Positions 39,359 to 49,423 of a stretch of DNA of 64,000 nt are shown here, in pieces (position 1 is the stretch's first letter; each line of letters begins with the position of its first letter). The notes under the pieces are model-generated. The model made no database searches. It saw only the letters and a program-made list of their open reading frames with translations, and had not been told where the DNA came from. The position numbers and the translations under genes are program-made. This DNA comes from Candidatus Latescibacterota bacterium. Its GTDB lineage: Bacteria > Latescibacterota > UBA2968 > GCA-2709665. The stretch covers positions 3,584,001-3,648,000 of the forward strand of contig OZ244937.1 in NCBI GenBank assembly GCA_965222075.1, read 5' to 3'.

Positions 39359-39391
39359 TTTCTCTGCGTCCTCCGCATCTCTGCGGTGAAT
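39359..39391. repeat. Dispersed intergenic repeat (TCTCTGCGTCCTCCGCATCTCTGCGGTGAA)
   Basis: Reverse complement matches 14206-14238 with few mismatches. Confidence 0.75.
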
Positions 39392-39394
39392 TTT

Positions 39395-40501
39395 TTAACC
39401 CCCATTCCCCATCAGCGCCTCAGATACCGCATCGTGAAACGCCGGCCTGAGCGCTCGAATTTCCTGGTTTTCCCGCGTGGGATGAACGCGGTTGGTCAGC
39501 AGCAGCACCCCCAGGTCCCGCTCCGGGTCTGCCCACATCGACGTTCCCGTAAACCCCAGGTGTCCATAAGAACGGGGTAAAAAGAACCGGCCCGCCGAGC
39601 TCCCCTCCTCGGAAACCGTATCCCAACCCAGCGCCCGGGTGCTGCCGGGTACAATACCGGCCCGCGACGTAAACCTCCCGACCTGGACCACCGAAAAAAT
39701 CCGGCATCCCTCCCATCTCCCTTCGCAGAGAAACAGCCGCAAAAACCGCCCCAGATCGTCCGCCGTCCCGAAAAGTCCGGCGTGGGGCGCCACCCCGCCC
39801 ATTCCCGCCGCATTCTCGTCGTGCACCTCTCCGTGCACCAGTCTATCCCGCCATGCCCTGTCGTACTCCGTGGGTGGAATGCGCGCCAACAGGTCAGCCC
39901 CCGGACGGTAAATCGTCTCCTCCATCCCAACCGGATCGAAAATCAGGCGCTGAGCCAGCCGGTCCAGCCGCTCCCCGCTCACCTGTTCAACCAGCGCTCC
40001 CAGCAGCAGGAACCCCAGATCGCTGTAGACCGTCTCCTGTCCCGGCTCGTACGCCAGCGCAACCCCACAGATTGCCTCCAGGACCTCTGCCTTCGACCGG
40101 CAGGTCTGGTAAAAAGGCCGGTGTGCGGGCAGCCCCCCGCAGTGGGCCAGCAGGTGCCGGGCCGTCACCTGGTCTCGCCCCTCGCCCGTAAACGCCAAAA
40201 TCCGTTCCCCAACCGGCGCGTCCAGGTCCAGGCGCCCCGCCTCCTCCAGGACCATACAGAGCGTCGTCGTCACGACCACCTTCGTCAGCGATGCCAGATC
40301 GTACAGATCGTCGGGCCGAACCTCTCGAGCACTGGCGTCGTACGTATGGCGACCCACCGCCCACCGCGCCGCCATCCCCTCCCGCCGCACGACCAGCCCC
40401 ACCCCCCCCGGCGTCGTGCGCCCGGACACGTGCTGCACAAGCACCTGCCGAGCCCGTACCAACCGCTCCAGGTCAAACCCGAGCCGTTCGGCATCGCTCA
40501 T
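39395..40501 (-). CDS. Serine hydrolase, class C beta-lactamase-like
   Basis: DLASLTK (SxxK), YSD, GEVHDENA, HAGLF, GHLGFTGT. Confidence 0.92.
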   Translation of the reverse strand: MSDAERLGFDLERLVRARQVLVQHVSGRTTPGGVGLVVRREGMAARWAVGRHTYDASAREVRPDDLYDLASLTKVVVTTTLCMVLEEAGRLDLDAPVGERILAFTGEGRDQVTARHLLAHCGGLPAHRPFYQTCRSKAEVLEAICGVALAYEPGQETVYSDLGFLLLGALVEQVSGERLDRLAQRLIFDPVGMEETIYRPGADLLARIPPTEYDRAWRDRLVHGEVHDENAAGMGGVAPHAGLFGTADDLGRFLRLFLCEGRWEGCRIFSVVQVGRFTSRAGIVPGSTRALGWDTVSEEGSSAGRFFLPRSYGHLGFTGTSMWADPERDLGVLLLTNRVHPTRENQEIRALRPAFHDAVSEALMGNGG

Positions 40502-40526
40502 TTCACTCTCCACTCTCCACTTTCAC

Positions 40527-40607
40527 TTGACCCTTCCCAAATCCAGGGATATATTACCCCCTAAGATGAGATTCGTCGCCGACAGCATGCTGGGAAAACT
40601 CGCGCGG
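40527..40607 (+). pseudogene. Promoter plus N-terminal stub of a Mut7-C RNase-domain protein
   Basis: TTGACC-17nt-TATATT (40527-40555); ATG 40566 MRFVADSMLGKLAR, then homology lost. Confidence 0.6.
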
Positions 40608-40641
40608 AGCATCTCTCCCGGGAACCTCGAAAGGAATCGCC

Positions 40642-40983
40642 ATGACCCAGACCGAGAGCCGCATCGCCTTTGTCACCACAGGCTCTGAGGACGAAGCCCT
40701 CAAAATCGGCCGCACCCTCGTTGAAGAAGGCCTGGCCGCCTGCGCAAACCTCCTGCCGCAGATCCGGTCCATCTACCGCTGGCAGGACAAAATTGAAGAC
40801 GAACCCGAAGTCCTCATGATCCTTAAGACCACCCAATCCCGCCTGCCGGCCCTCATCGACCGCGTGCAAGAACTCCACAGCTACGACGTCCCCGAAATCG
40901 TCGCCGTCCCCATCGTCGCCGGCCTCAAACCCTACCTGGACTGGGTCCGGGAGAACACGCAAGATCGTTCAGCACAGACTTGA
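40642..40983 (+). CDS. cutA: Divalent-cation tolerance protein CutA
   Basis: LAACANL..SIYRWQDKIE, HSYDVPEI. Confidence 0.95.
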   Translation: MTQTESRIAFVTTGSEDEALKIGRTLVEEGLAACANLLPQIRSIYRWQDKIEDEPEVLMILKTTQSRLPALIDRVQELHSYDVPEIVAVPIVAGLKPYLDWVRENTQDRSAQT

Positions 40984-41113
40984 GGTAGCCGATATCCTGC
41001 TGTGCAAACCACTCCCGGTCCCCCGGCCCGGGCGCCTCAATGCAGATCGGCCCATCAAACCCGCCCTCCTTCAACAGCCCCAGGTACTCCCGGTGGTTGA
41101 TCGCCCCGTCCGG
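40960..41113 (-). pseudogene. C-terminal fragment of a sugar phosphate isomerase/epimerase (TIM barrel)
   Basis: PDGAINHREYLGLLKEGGFDGPICIEAPGPGDREWFAQQDIGYLK with no 5' part. Confidence 0.6.
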
Positions 41114-41152
41114 GGATCTCTATATTAACAACGCAAGCAAAAAAAGACAACC

Positions 41153-41257
41153 GGTATCGTCTACTTCCAAGAATCGGCCTCCACCCTCAAATTCATCTCC
41201 CTGGTGTTCGTCATCTTAGGCGTGGTGGGCCTACACCTCTCGGACGCGCAACGCTGA
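41153..41257 (+). pseudogene. C-terminal fragment of an SMR (EmrE/QacE) transporter
   Basis: GIVYFQESASTLKFISLVFVILGVVGLHLS. Confidence 0.65.
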
Positions 41258-41653
41258 GCCTGAAAAAAAAGAAGGCAAACCGTCCCCATGCCTGCCGAAT
41301 GTTCCCAGTGGCATCATCAGGCCCTTTCGGTCCTCCCGCCATTCGGGTGTGCAGACAACCCACCTCCCGAATTTCAAAACACGGCCTCTGAAACCCCTTG
41401 CTGTTATCCTCTTCTATGTGGTATATTTCGCTATACTCAATCTCAATAACAAGGCCTGGCTGCACAAGGGGTTATCCGATGGCACAGAATCACAAAGAGT
41501 CGAACTTCACCTCCCGCTCGAAACGCTGGTCAACACCCTCTGTAAGCTGCCGCACGAAGACCTGGTCGAGATCAAGCACCGGATTGAGGAGCGCCTGCAG
41601 AATGCAGGTCCAGGAGGTGGTATCGGCATACTGGTGTCCCATCACAGGAGATA

Positions 41654-44485
41654 GTGATCATGTACATCAGATTCCCATGCTTTCGGATTACGGTTTCCCT
41701 TATCGTCTTCTTCATAACCGTAGCGCGCATTGCCGAGGCGCTTGTACAGGATGCCGAAGACCCCGACGAAGAGGAGATAGTCTACGAACTCGAACCGATT
41801 ACGGTGACCGGCTCCCGTATCAAAAGCGAAGAGACTCGTTCGCCTGCCCCGGTCGTCATCCTGTCCAGGGAGGAAATCAAGGCCCAGGGCCTGGCTTCAA
41901 TCGGAGACGTGCTGCAAACCCTCACCGTGCAGTCCAATGCCATCAACACCCAGGCTAACAACGGTGGAGACGGCTCTACCCGCGTAAATCTCCGCGGACT
42001 CGGTTCCCATCGAACCCTGGTGCTGGTCAACGGCCGTCGCTTCGTGCCGGGCGGTGTTGGCGCGAATTCATCCGTTGACCTGAATTCCATTCCCGCCTCC
42101 GCCGTCGAACGCGTCGAGGTGCTCAAGGACGGCGCCTCGGCTGTGTATGGCTCGGACGCCATCGGGGGTGTGGTCAACATCATCACAAGGTCGGAGATGG
42201 AGGGGCTGGAAGTCGAATTCTACGAGGGCGTTTCAGGCACGGGCGACGGCGAAGCGCTCGATTTCAGCGCAACCGCCGGTCTGAAGAGCGAAAAGGGCAG
42301 CATCTTATTTTCGGCCGGCTACCACAACCAGAAACCCGTCTGGACCGGCGACCGTAGTTTCAGCGCATCGGATAAGACCTACGACTGGGAGAAGAACGAC
42401 GGGACCTTCACCACCAGCGGCAGCTCGGCGACCCCGGAAGGCCATATCATCGACCACCTGGGGGAGGAGGGCAACGAAGCCTGGCAGGCAGTGGTCGCGG
42501 CTGCCGGTGAAGACACCGGCGATTATCACCGCGCCCCAAACGCGGGCTGGCGCCCCTTCAACTGGGCGGGCAACTCCTCGGACGGCAGTGGCGACCTGTA
42601 CAATTACCAGCCGGAAAATTATCTCTACACGCCGCAGACGCGATACACCACCTTTCTCAGCGGTTCTTATGAATTTGCAGAGGAGGCGAAAACCTTTTTC
42701 GAGGTATCCTACACCAATCGGCAATCCGATCAGAAACTGGCCCCGACCCCCCTCTTCATCCTGAGCGAGGCCCTCACGTTATCGGCCACCAACAGATACA
42801 ATGCGTTTGGCCGCGATTTTATCGACGTCCGCCGTCGCTTCGTCGAAGCGGGCAATCGTAATTTCCTTCAGGATATCAACACCTATCGTATCGTACTGGG
42901 CCTGGAATATCGGCTTCCGGGCTTCGACACAAATCTGTCTTATTCCTACGGTCGCAGCGAGGGGACGAGTATCAACCAGGGCCGATTCATCCGTAGCAAT
43001 CTTGCCCAGGCGCTGGGGCCGGACGCGGATTGCACCGATGACTGCGTGCCTCTCGATCTGCTACACGGCGCCAACACCATTACACCGGAGATGCTGGACT
43101 ATATCCAGTATACCGGTATCGCCAGAGGCTATTCCAAGCAGAAGATCCTTCAGTGCAACCTGACCGGAGAGATCGCGCAACTACCGGCCGGCCCGCTGGC
43201 CGTGGCTGCGGGCGTGTCTTCTCGCTGGGAGGCGGGGTCCTATATTCCCGATCCGGTAACCGCATCGGGAAATACCACCGGTAGTAAGGAAGAATCCACC
43301 GAAGGCGCCTATTCGGTCAGGGCTGTGTACGCGGAGACCAATCTGCCACTGTATGAAGCGGAAGCATTTGATCTTGATCTGACGGCTGCCGGCCGCGCCT
43401 TCAATTACGACACCTTCGGTACGGGCTTTACCTACGAAGCAGGTACGCGCCTCGAACTTCCCCAGGGGCTGACGTTTCGGGCCACGTTCTCCAATGCGTT
43501 TCGTGCCCCCGGCATCGCCGAAATGTTCCTCGGTGAAAGCGACACCTTCCCGATGGTAAGCGATCCCTGTAGCGTGGTAGACGAAGCGGGCAATACCCGG
43601 GCGTTGACCGCTCAGCAAAAGCGAAATTGCGCCGCTGCGGGCATCCCGGCCGATTTCCAGGACTCGCGGGCACAGCTCAGAGCCAAGGTGGGTGGCTCTA
43701 CGGACCTCGATCCGGAGAAAGCCGCCATGATCACGGCAGGTCTGGTTTACCAACCGGGCTTTCTGGAAAATCTCGATATTACGGTAAGTTACTACACCAA
43801 CACGATCGACGATGTGATCGGTGCACTACCCGCCGGCCTCATCTTAAGCAACTGCTACTCGCAGGACACGCCGTCCTACTGCAATCAAATCGTGCGAGAC
43901 CCGAACACGAAGCTGATTACCAATATCCTGTCACGCGGTGCCAACCTTGGGGAAACCGAAACCAGCGGCCTGGATATTGAATTCGATTACATTGCCGATT
44001 CGCCACTGGGCACCGTCTCCGCGCAGATGGAAAGCAACCTGCTCGTGAAATACGAACAAATGCTGCCGTCAGCCAGCGGTCTTGAGTTGATCAAGGGCAG
44101 GGGGTACTACGATTTAGGCGTGTTCCCCAGATGGCGTCATGCCGCTTCTGTTGGCCTGAGGCGGCAGCGAGCCTCGGTTGGTCTAACCTGGCAGTACGTC
44201 GGCGGCTTCCTGGAGTGCGAAGATGACGATTGCAAGGGCCTGTATCGCTCGGACGTGGCGGAAAGACCGAAAAGCCGCAAGGTCAACCCGAACAGTACCT
44301 TTCGTCTGCACGGATCATACAGACTGGTGACACGCATTGGAATTTCCGTACTGACCATCGGAATGAACAACGTCTTCAATCAGACTCCAGCGGTGATATA
44401 CAATGGCTTTCTCGGCACTTCGGATGCCAGCACCTACGACTTCATGGGAAGGTATCTGTACCTGCGTCTATCTCATTACCTGTAA
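41654..44485 (+). CDS. TonB-dependent receptor
   Basis: ITVTGSRI, VNLRGLG..RTLVLVNGRR, ERVEVLKDGASAVYGSDAIGGVVNII, C-terminal GRYLYLRLSHYL. Confidence 0.95.
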   Translation: MIMYIRFPCFRITVSLIVFFITVARIAEALVQDAEDPDEEEIVYELEPITVTGSRIKSEETRSPAPVVILSREEIKAQGLASIGDVLQTLTVQSNAINTQANNGGDGSTRVNLRGLGSHRTLVLVNGRRFVPGGVGANSSVDLNSIPASAVERVEVLKDGASAVYGSDAIGGVVNIITRSEMEGLEVEFYEGVSGTGDGEALDFSATAGLKSEKGSILFSAGYHNQKPVWTGDRSFSASDKTYDWEKNDGTFTTSGSSATPEGHIIDHLGEEGNEAWQAVVAAAGEDTGDYHRAPNAGWRPFNWAGNSSDGSGDLYNYQPENYLYTPQTRYTTFLSGSYEFAEEAKTFFEVSYTNRQSDQKLAPTPLFILSEALTLSATNRYNAFGRDFIDVRRRFVEAGNRNFLQDINTYRIVLGLEYRLPGFDTNLSYSYGRSEGTSINQGRFIRSNLAQALGPDADCTDDCVPLDLLHGANTITPEMLDYIQYTGIARGYSKQKILQCNLTGEIAQLPAGPLAVAAGVSSRWEAGSYIPDPVTASGNTTGSKEESTEGAYSVRAVYAETNLPLYEAEAFDLDLTAAGRAFNYDTFGTGFTYEAGTRLELPQGLTFRATFSNAFRAPGIAEMFLGESDTFPMVSDPCSVVDEAGNTRALTAQQKRNCAAAGIPADFQDSRAQLRAKVGGSTDLDPEKAAMITAGLVYQPGFLENLDITVSYYTNTIDDVIGALPAGLILSNCYSQDTPSYCNQIVRDPNTKLITNILSRGANLGETETSGLDIEFDYIADSPLGTVSAQMESNLLVKYEQMLPSASGLELIKGRGYYDLGVFPRWRHAASVGLRRQRASVGLTWQYVGGFLECEDDDCKGLYRSDVAERPKSRKVNPNSTFRLHGSYRLVTRIGISVLTIGMNNVFNQTPAVIYNGFLGTSDASTYDFMGRYLYLRLSHYL

Positions 44486-44603
44486 ACAGAGGCACGCCGT
44501 ATCAGTTCCCGGAGCCGGATGACGGTTTATTGGATCTGTCGTCTCGCCAGGACGGCGCAGTCCAGGTGTTGAACCAGTTCCATCAGGGCCGGTCTTCGCC
44601 AAG

Positions 44604-44740
44604 TTGCCCCTATCCGGCTTTATCATTCTGGGGCTGTTGATTGTACAATTCAACTCCTTCCGCAAGACCTTTATCATCCTGAGCACTATTCCTCTTGGCC
44701 TGATCGGGGTCGTGTTCGGACTGCTCGTGTTCCGCTTATG
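44604..44740 (+). pseudogene. Internal fragment of an AcrB/RND transporter
   Basis: GFIILGLLIVQFNSFRKTFIILSTIPLGLIGVVFGLL. Confidence 0.7.
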
Positions 44741-44855
44741 GCACAGGTTTCCTCGCAGGCTTAAGGCCCGGTACGATGGGTTGGTTCGCTGTGCGCGCAC
44801 ACACGGGAGGGAGATTTTCACCGCGCGGTACTGACAGGACGCCCTCACGCTTATT

Positions 44856-46070
44856 ATGAAACCAAAGCATTACACTATAACCCCCAACCTCCGTCCCCGC
44901 CTGCGCGCCGCGGGGTTGGTGCTGCCGCTACTGGCCTTCATCGGCTTCACCTTTGTCGCGCCGCTGGCGACGATGCTGGTGCGCAGCGTGTACGACCCGG
45001 TGGTCGCCGATGTCCTGCCCCAAACTCTGGCCCTGTTGAGCCAATGGGACGGAGTGAGCGCCCCTGGCGAGGCGGTGTACGAATCGGCCGCACGCGAACT
45101 CCTGCAAGCGCGCGAGGAACGGACCCTCGGTCAGGTCGCCAGCCGCGTCAACCGCGTGCGCGGCGGGTTGCGCAGCGTGTTGACGCGTAGCGCGCGGAGG
45201 CTCCGCCGCATTCACCAGGGGCCCTGGCGCGACGCCATGATCGGCGTAGACGCCGCCTGGGGCGATGCGCAGACCTGGCACGCCATCCGCAGCGCCGGGG
45301 AGCGTTTCACCGCGCGGCACTATCTGAACGCCCTCGACCTGCAAGGCCGGCCCGACGGCGCCATCGCCCGCCAACCCGAAGAGCGCCGCATCTACCTGCC
45401 CCTGTTGTGGCGCACCCTGGGGGTGAGCCTGAGCATTACCGCCCTGTGCCTGCTGCTCGGCTATCCAATAGCGCACTTGATCGCGCACGCGCCCCCGCGT
45501 CTTGGCAACCTGCTCCTGATCCTCGTGCTCATTCCCTTCTGGACGTCGCTGCTGGTGCGGACGACGTCCTGGATCGTGTTGCTCCAGACCCAGGGCGTGC
45601 TCAACGACGTGCTCGTGGCGCTGGAGCTGATCGGCGATGACGGCCGGCTCGCCATGATCTACAACATGACCGGCACGTTGGTGGCGATGACCCACGTGCT
45701 GCTGCCCTTCATGATTCTACCCCTCTACTCAATCATGCGCGCCATCCCGCCGCTCCAGATGAGCGCCGCGGCCTCGCTGGGCGCAAGTCCCTTTCAGGCG
45801 TTCTGGCGCGTGTACTGGCCGCAGACCCTGCCCGGCGTGAGCGCGGGATCGCTGCTGGTGTTTATCCTCGCCATCGGCTACTACATCACCCCCGCGCTGG
45901 TGGGCGGCAGCAGCGGGCAACTCATTTCCAACATGATCGCCTACCACATGCAGACCTCGCTCAACTGGGGTCTCGCCGCGGCGCTCGGCGGCATCCTGCT
46001 GGCGTGCGTGGGCGCGCTCTATTTGCTCTACGACCGCGTGGTCGGCATCGAGCGGATGAGGTTGGGCTGA
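44856..46070 (+). CDS. Polyamine-type ABC transporter permease (PotB/PotH-like)
   Basis: LLGYPIA, PFWTSLLVR, AAASLGASP EAA loop. Confidence 0.9.
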   Translation: MKPKHYTITPNLRPRLRAAGLVLPLLAFIGFTFVAPLATMLVRSVYDPVVADVLPQTLALLSQWDGVSAPGEAVYESAARELLQAREERTLGQVASRVNRVRGGLRSVLTRSARRLRRIHQGPWRDAMIGVDAAWGDAQTWHAIRSAGERFTARHYLNALDLQGRPDGAIARQPEERRIYLPLLWRTLGVSLSITALCLLLGYPIAHLIAHAPPRLGNLLLILVLIPFWTSLLVRTTSWIVLLQTQGVLNDVLVALELIGDDGRLAMIYNMTGTLVAMTHVLLPFMILPLYSIMRAIPPLQMSAAASLGASPFQAFWRVYWPQTLPGVSAGSLLVFILAIGYYITPALVGGSSGQLISNMIAYHMQTSLNWGLAAALGGILLACVGALYLLYDRVVGIERMRLG

Positions 46071-46071
46071 G

Positions 46072-46896
46072 ATGGCGTCCGGGGGAAGGCGGGAACGCAT
46101 CGGCCGCTTTTTCTATCTGGCGTTCTGCGTGGCTGTGTTCTCGTTTCTGGTTGCGCCGATCCTGGTGATCGTGCCGTTGAGCTTCAACGCCGAGCCTTAC
46201 TTCACCTTCACCGAGGGCATGTTGCGCCTGGATGCGGAGGCGTATTCGTTGCGTTGGTACCGGCAGATCGTCGAAGACGAGGTATGGACGCGCGCGCTGT
46301 TTAACAGCCTGATCATCGGCGTCGCCTCCACGGCGCTGGCGACCGCGCTGGGCACGCTCGCCGCGCTGGGGCTGTCGAGCCCGGCCATGCCCGGCCGCCG
46401 CCTGGCGATGGGGTTGCTGATCTCGCCGATGGTGACCCCGGTGATCATCTCGGCGGCGGGCATGTTCTTCTTCTACTCGAGCCTGGGCCTGGCTCAGACC
46501 CACATCGGTTTGATCCTGGCGCACGCCGCGCTGGGCACGCCGTTCGTCGTGATCACGGTGACCGCCACGCTGTCCGCTTTCGATACAAACCTGACGCGCG
46601 CGGCCGCCAGCCTGGGTGCCGGACCGCTGCGCACCTTCCGCCGCGTGCAACTGCCGCTGATCGCGCCTGGGGTCGTCTCCGGGGCGCTCTTCGCCTTCGC
46701 AGCTTCTTTCGACGAAGTGGTCGTAGTGCTCTTCATGGCCGCCATTGAACAGCGCACGATCCCGCGCCAGATGTGGGCCGGCATCCGAGAGCAGATCAGC
46801 CCGACCATCCTGGCGGTGGCGACGTTCCTGATCGTCTTTGCCGTGTTGCTGCTCTTCACCGTCGAATGGATTCGGCGGCGTTCGGCGTCGGCTTGA
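46072..46896 (+). CDS. Polyamine-type ABC transporter permease (PotC/PotI-like)
   Basis: PLSFN, SLRWY, AAASLGA, SFDEVVV. Confidence 0.9.
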   Translation: MASGGRRERIGRFFYLAFCVAVFSFLVAPILVIVPLSFNAEPYFTFTEGMLRLDAEAYSLRWYRQIVEDEVWTRALFNSLIIGVASTALATALGTLAALGLSSPAMPGRRLAMGLLISPMVTPVIISAAGMFFFYSSLGLAQTHIGLILAHAALGTPFVVITVTATLSAFDTNLTRAAASLGAGPLRTFRRVQLPLIAPGVVSGALFAFAASFDEVVVVLFMAAIEQRTIPRQMWAGIREQISPTILAVATFLIVFAVLLLFTVEWIRRRSASA

Positions 46897-46987
46897 GCGA
46901 CCCGGGCGACGCGCCTGGCATGGCTCGACGGCTTTTTTAGCTTATATTCAATTACCCATCGATACATAATGTCCAAAGGCCACCGGA

Positions 46988-48094
46988 ATGCACCGAAACA
47001 ATAGCGCGTACGTCCAATTCGAGCGCGTCAGTAAGAGCTTCGACGGCCGGACCCTGGTCATCGACAACCTGGATCTCAGCGTCCGCAAGGGGGAGTTTCT
47101 AACCTTGCTCGGGCCGTCCGGGTCGGGCAAGACGACCTGCCTGATGATGCTCGCAGGCTTCGAAACGCCCACATCGGGCGCCATCCGCATTGACGGCCGC
47201 TCCGTACACGCACTGCCCCCGCGCAAGCGCGGCATTGGCATGGTATTTCAGAACTACGCGCTGTTCCCGCACATGACGGTGGGCCGCAACCTCGCCTTCC
47301 CCCTGGAGGTGCGCGGGCTCGACCGCGAGCAGTGCCGCGAACGCGTGGCGCATGCCCTGCATCTGGTGCGCCTCGACGGGCTGGAGGACCGGCGGCCAGC
47401 ACAACTCTCCGGCGGCCAGCAGCAGCGCGTTGCGATCGCCCGCGCGCTGGTATTCGAGCCCGATCTGGTGCTGATGGACGAACCGCTCGGCGCGCTCGAC
47501 CGACGCCTGCGCGAGGAGATGCAGTACGAAATTCGGCGCATCCACAAGAGCCTGGGCGTAACCGTGGTGTACGTCACCCACGACCAGCAGGAGGCGATGG
47601 TCATGTCGGACCGGATCGCCGTGCTGCGCGGAGGAGACATTGAGCAGATCGCCGGACCCGAGGCCCTCTACGAAGAGCCGAAGCGCTCGTTCGTAGCCCG
47701 CTTCATCGGCGAAAACAACCGCCTCCACGGCCGGGTGACAAAAGTGGAAGGGGACATCTGCGAAGTGGAGACCGGCGGTCAAATCATCCGGGCGTTGCGC
47801 GTGGCGCCGTGCCAGTCCGGCGACGCCATCACGCTCTCGATCCGTCCGGAGCGCGTCGCCATTTCGCCCGAGCCGGGCCTGTACACCAACGAACTCGACG
47901 CAAAAATCGAGGATATCACCTTTTTGGGCGACCACTTGCGGCTTCGCATAAGCGTGTGCGGCCGCTCGGATTTCATCGCCAAAATACCCAATATCGTGGG
48001 GCACGGTGCCAAGCTGGAAGGCGACCGAGTCCGCATCGGTTGGACACCGACAGACTGCCGGGTGTTGGACCCGGACGAGGAGGACACGACATGA
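46988..48094 (+). CDS. Polyamine ABC transporter ATP-binding protein (PotA-like)
   Basis: GPSGSGKTT, LSGGQQQR, LMDEP, TOBE domain. Confidence 0.93.
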   Translation: MHRNNSAYVQFERVSKSFDGRTLVIDNLDLSVRKGEFLTLLGPSGSGKTTCLMMLAGFETPTSGAIRIDGRSVHALPPRKRGIGMVFQNYALFPHMTVGRNLAFPLEVRGLDREQCRERVAHALHLVRLDGLEDRRPAQLSGGQQQRVAIARALVFEPDLVLMDEPLGALDRRLREEMQYEIRRIHKSLGVTVVYVTHDQQEAMVMSDRIAVLRGGDIEQIAGPEALYEEPKRSFVARFIGENNRLHGRVTKVEGDICEVETGGQIIRALRVAPCQSGDAITLSIRPERVAISPEPGLYTNELDAKIEDITFLGDHLRLRISVCGRSDFIAKIPNIVGHGAKLEGDRVRIGWTPTDCRVLDPDEEDTT

Positions 48095-49191
48095 AGGACA
48101 TGCGGAAGAAGACAGTTCGTATTGCGGCGCTGGTGGCTCTGGCCATGCTGATGGTGGGCCGCGCGGTTGCCGATGACCAATCGCTGACGGTGGTTTCCTG
48201 GGGCGGTTCCTATGCGCGCGCGTGCGTCAAGGGCTACCACGAGCGGTTCATCGCCGAAACGGGCATTGCGATCAACCTGGAAGACTACAACGGCGGGCTG
48301 GCGCAGATTCGCGCGCAGGTCGACGTGGGCAACGTGTACTGGGACGTGGTCGACCTGGAAATCCCCGACATGGTGCGCGGCTGTGACGAGGGCCTGCTGG
48401 AACGGGTTGCGGTCGACTCGCTGGCAGCGGGCGTCGACGGAACGCCGGCGGCAGAGGACTTTGTCCCTGGAACGGTGACGGAGTGCGGCCCGGCCACAAT
48501 ATTCTACTCCACCGTATACGCCTACAACAAGAAGCATATCCCGGGCGAGAAACCCACCACCATGGCCGACTTCTTCGATCTGGAGAAATTTCCGGGGCGC
48601 CGTGGCATGCGGCGCTCGCCTCTGGTGAACCTGGAGTTTGCGCTGATGGCCGACGGTGTGCCGGTCGACTCGATTTACGCCACGCTCGACACGCCCGGGG
48701 GCGTGGACCGCGCCTTCCGCAAGCTGGACACCATCAAAGAGCACGTCGTGTGGTGGGAGGCCGGTGCGCAGCCCCCGCAGATGCTGGCCGACGGGGAGGT
48801 GGTGATGAGCACGGCCTACAACGGGCGCATCTTCAATGCCCAGGTGCTGGAAAACCAGCCCTTTGTCATTGTGTGGGACGGCCAGGTCCTCGACACGGGC
48901 GGGCTCGCCATTGTCGCGGGAACGCCCAATCTCGAAGCGGCGCGGAAGTTTGTCGCGTTTGCCTCAACGGCCCAGTCCATCGCCGACCTCGGTCGGTACA
49001 TTTCCTACGGCCCGACGCGCCGCTCCGCGATGCCGCTGATATCGACGCACGCCGAGAAGGGCGTGGACATGACCCCGCACATGCCCACCAGCCCGCAGAA
49101 TGCGAAGCGCGCCCTGCACAACGACTGGGAATGGTGGAGTGACCACGGAGACGAAATGAACGAGCGCTTCAGCGCCTGGCTGGCCCGGTGA
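48091..49191 (+). CDS. Polyamine ABC transporter substrate-binding protein
   Basis: Signal peptide, LTVVSWGGSY, FDLEKFPGRRG. Start ATG 48091 after GGAGG. Confidence 0.9.
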   Translation: MKDMRKKTVRIAALVALAMLMVGRAVADDQSLTVVSWGGSYARACVKGYHERFIAETGIAINLEDYNGGLAQIRAQVDVGNVYWDVVDLEIPDMVRGCDEGLLERVAVDSLAAGVDGTPAAEDFVPGTVTECGPATIFYSTVYAYNKKHIPGEKPTTMADFFDLEKFPGRRGMRRSPLVNLEFALMADGVPVDSIYATLDTPGGVDRAFRKLDTIKEHVVWWEAGAQPPQMLADGEVVMSTAYNGRIFNAQVLENQPFVIVWDGQVLDTGGLAIVAGTPNLEAARKFVAFASTAQSIADLGRYISYGPTRRSAMPLISTHAEKGVDMTPHMPTSPQNAKRALHNDWEWWSDHGDEMNERFSAWLAR

Positions 49192-49206
49192 GGGAGGATT
49201 CCATAA

Positions 49207-49323
49207 GTTAAGCAACCAGAAATCTCCCGGCTTAAAAGCGGTAAGTTTTCCCATTACAGCGTCGAACGGCTGATGCGGTTCCTTGAACGCCTCAAGCATT
49301 CATGTTGCCTGTCCGGAGAGTGA
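49207..49323 (+). pseudogene. Fragment of an XRE/HigA-type HTH antitoxin
   Basis: VKQPEISRLKSGKFSHYSVERLMRFLERL, no start codon. Confidence 0.6.
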
Positions 49324-49423
49324 AGGTGCCAAAAAGGTCATTGCGATATAGTCAGAAGCGGTTTCATAACTGGCTTTGCGGCCCCAGAGCGTGCCTGGGG
49401 GCCGTGGACAAGGAGCGTATGCG

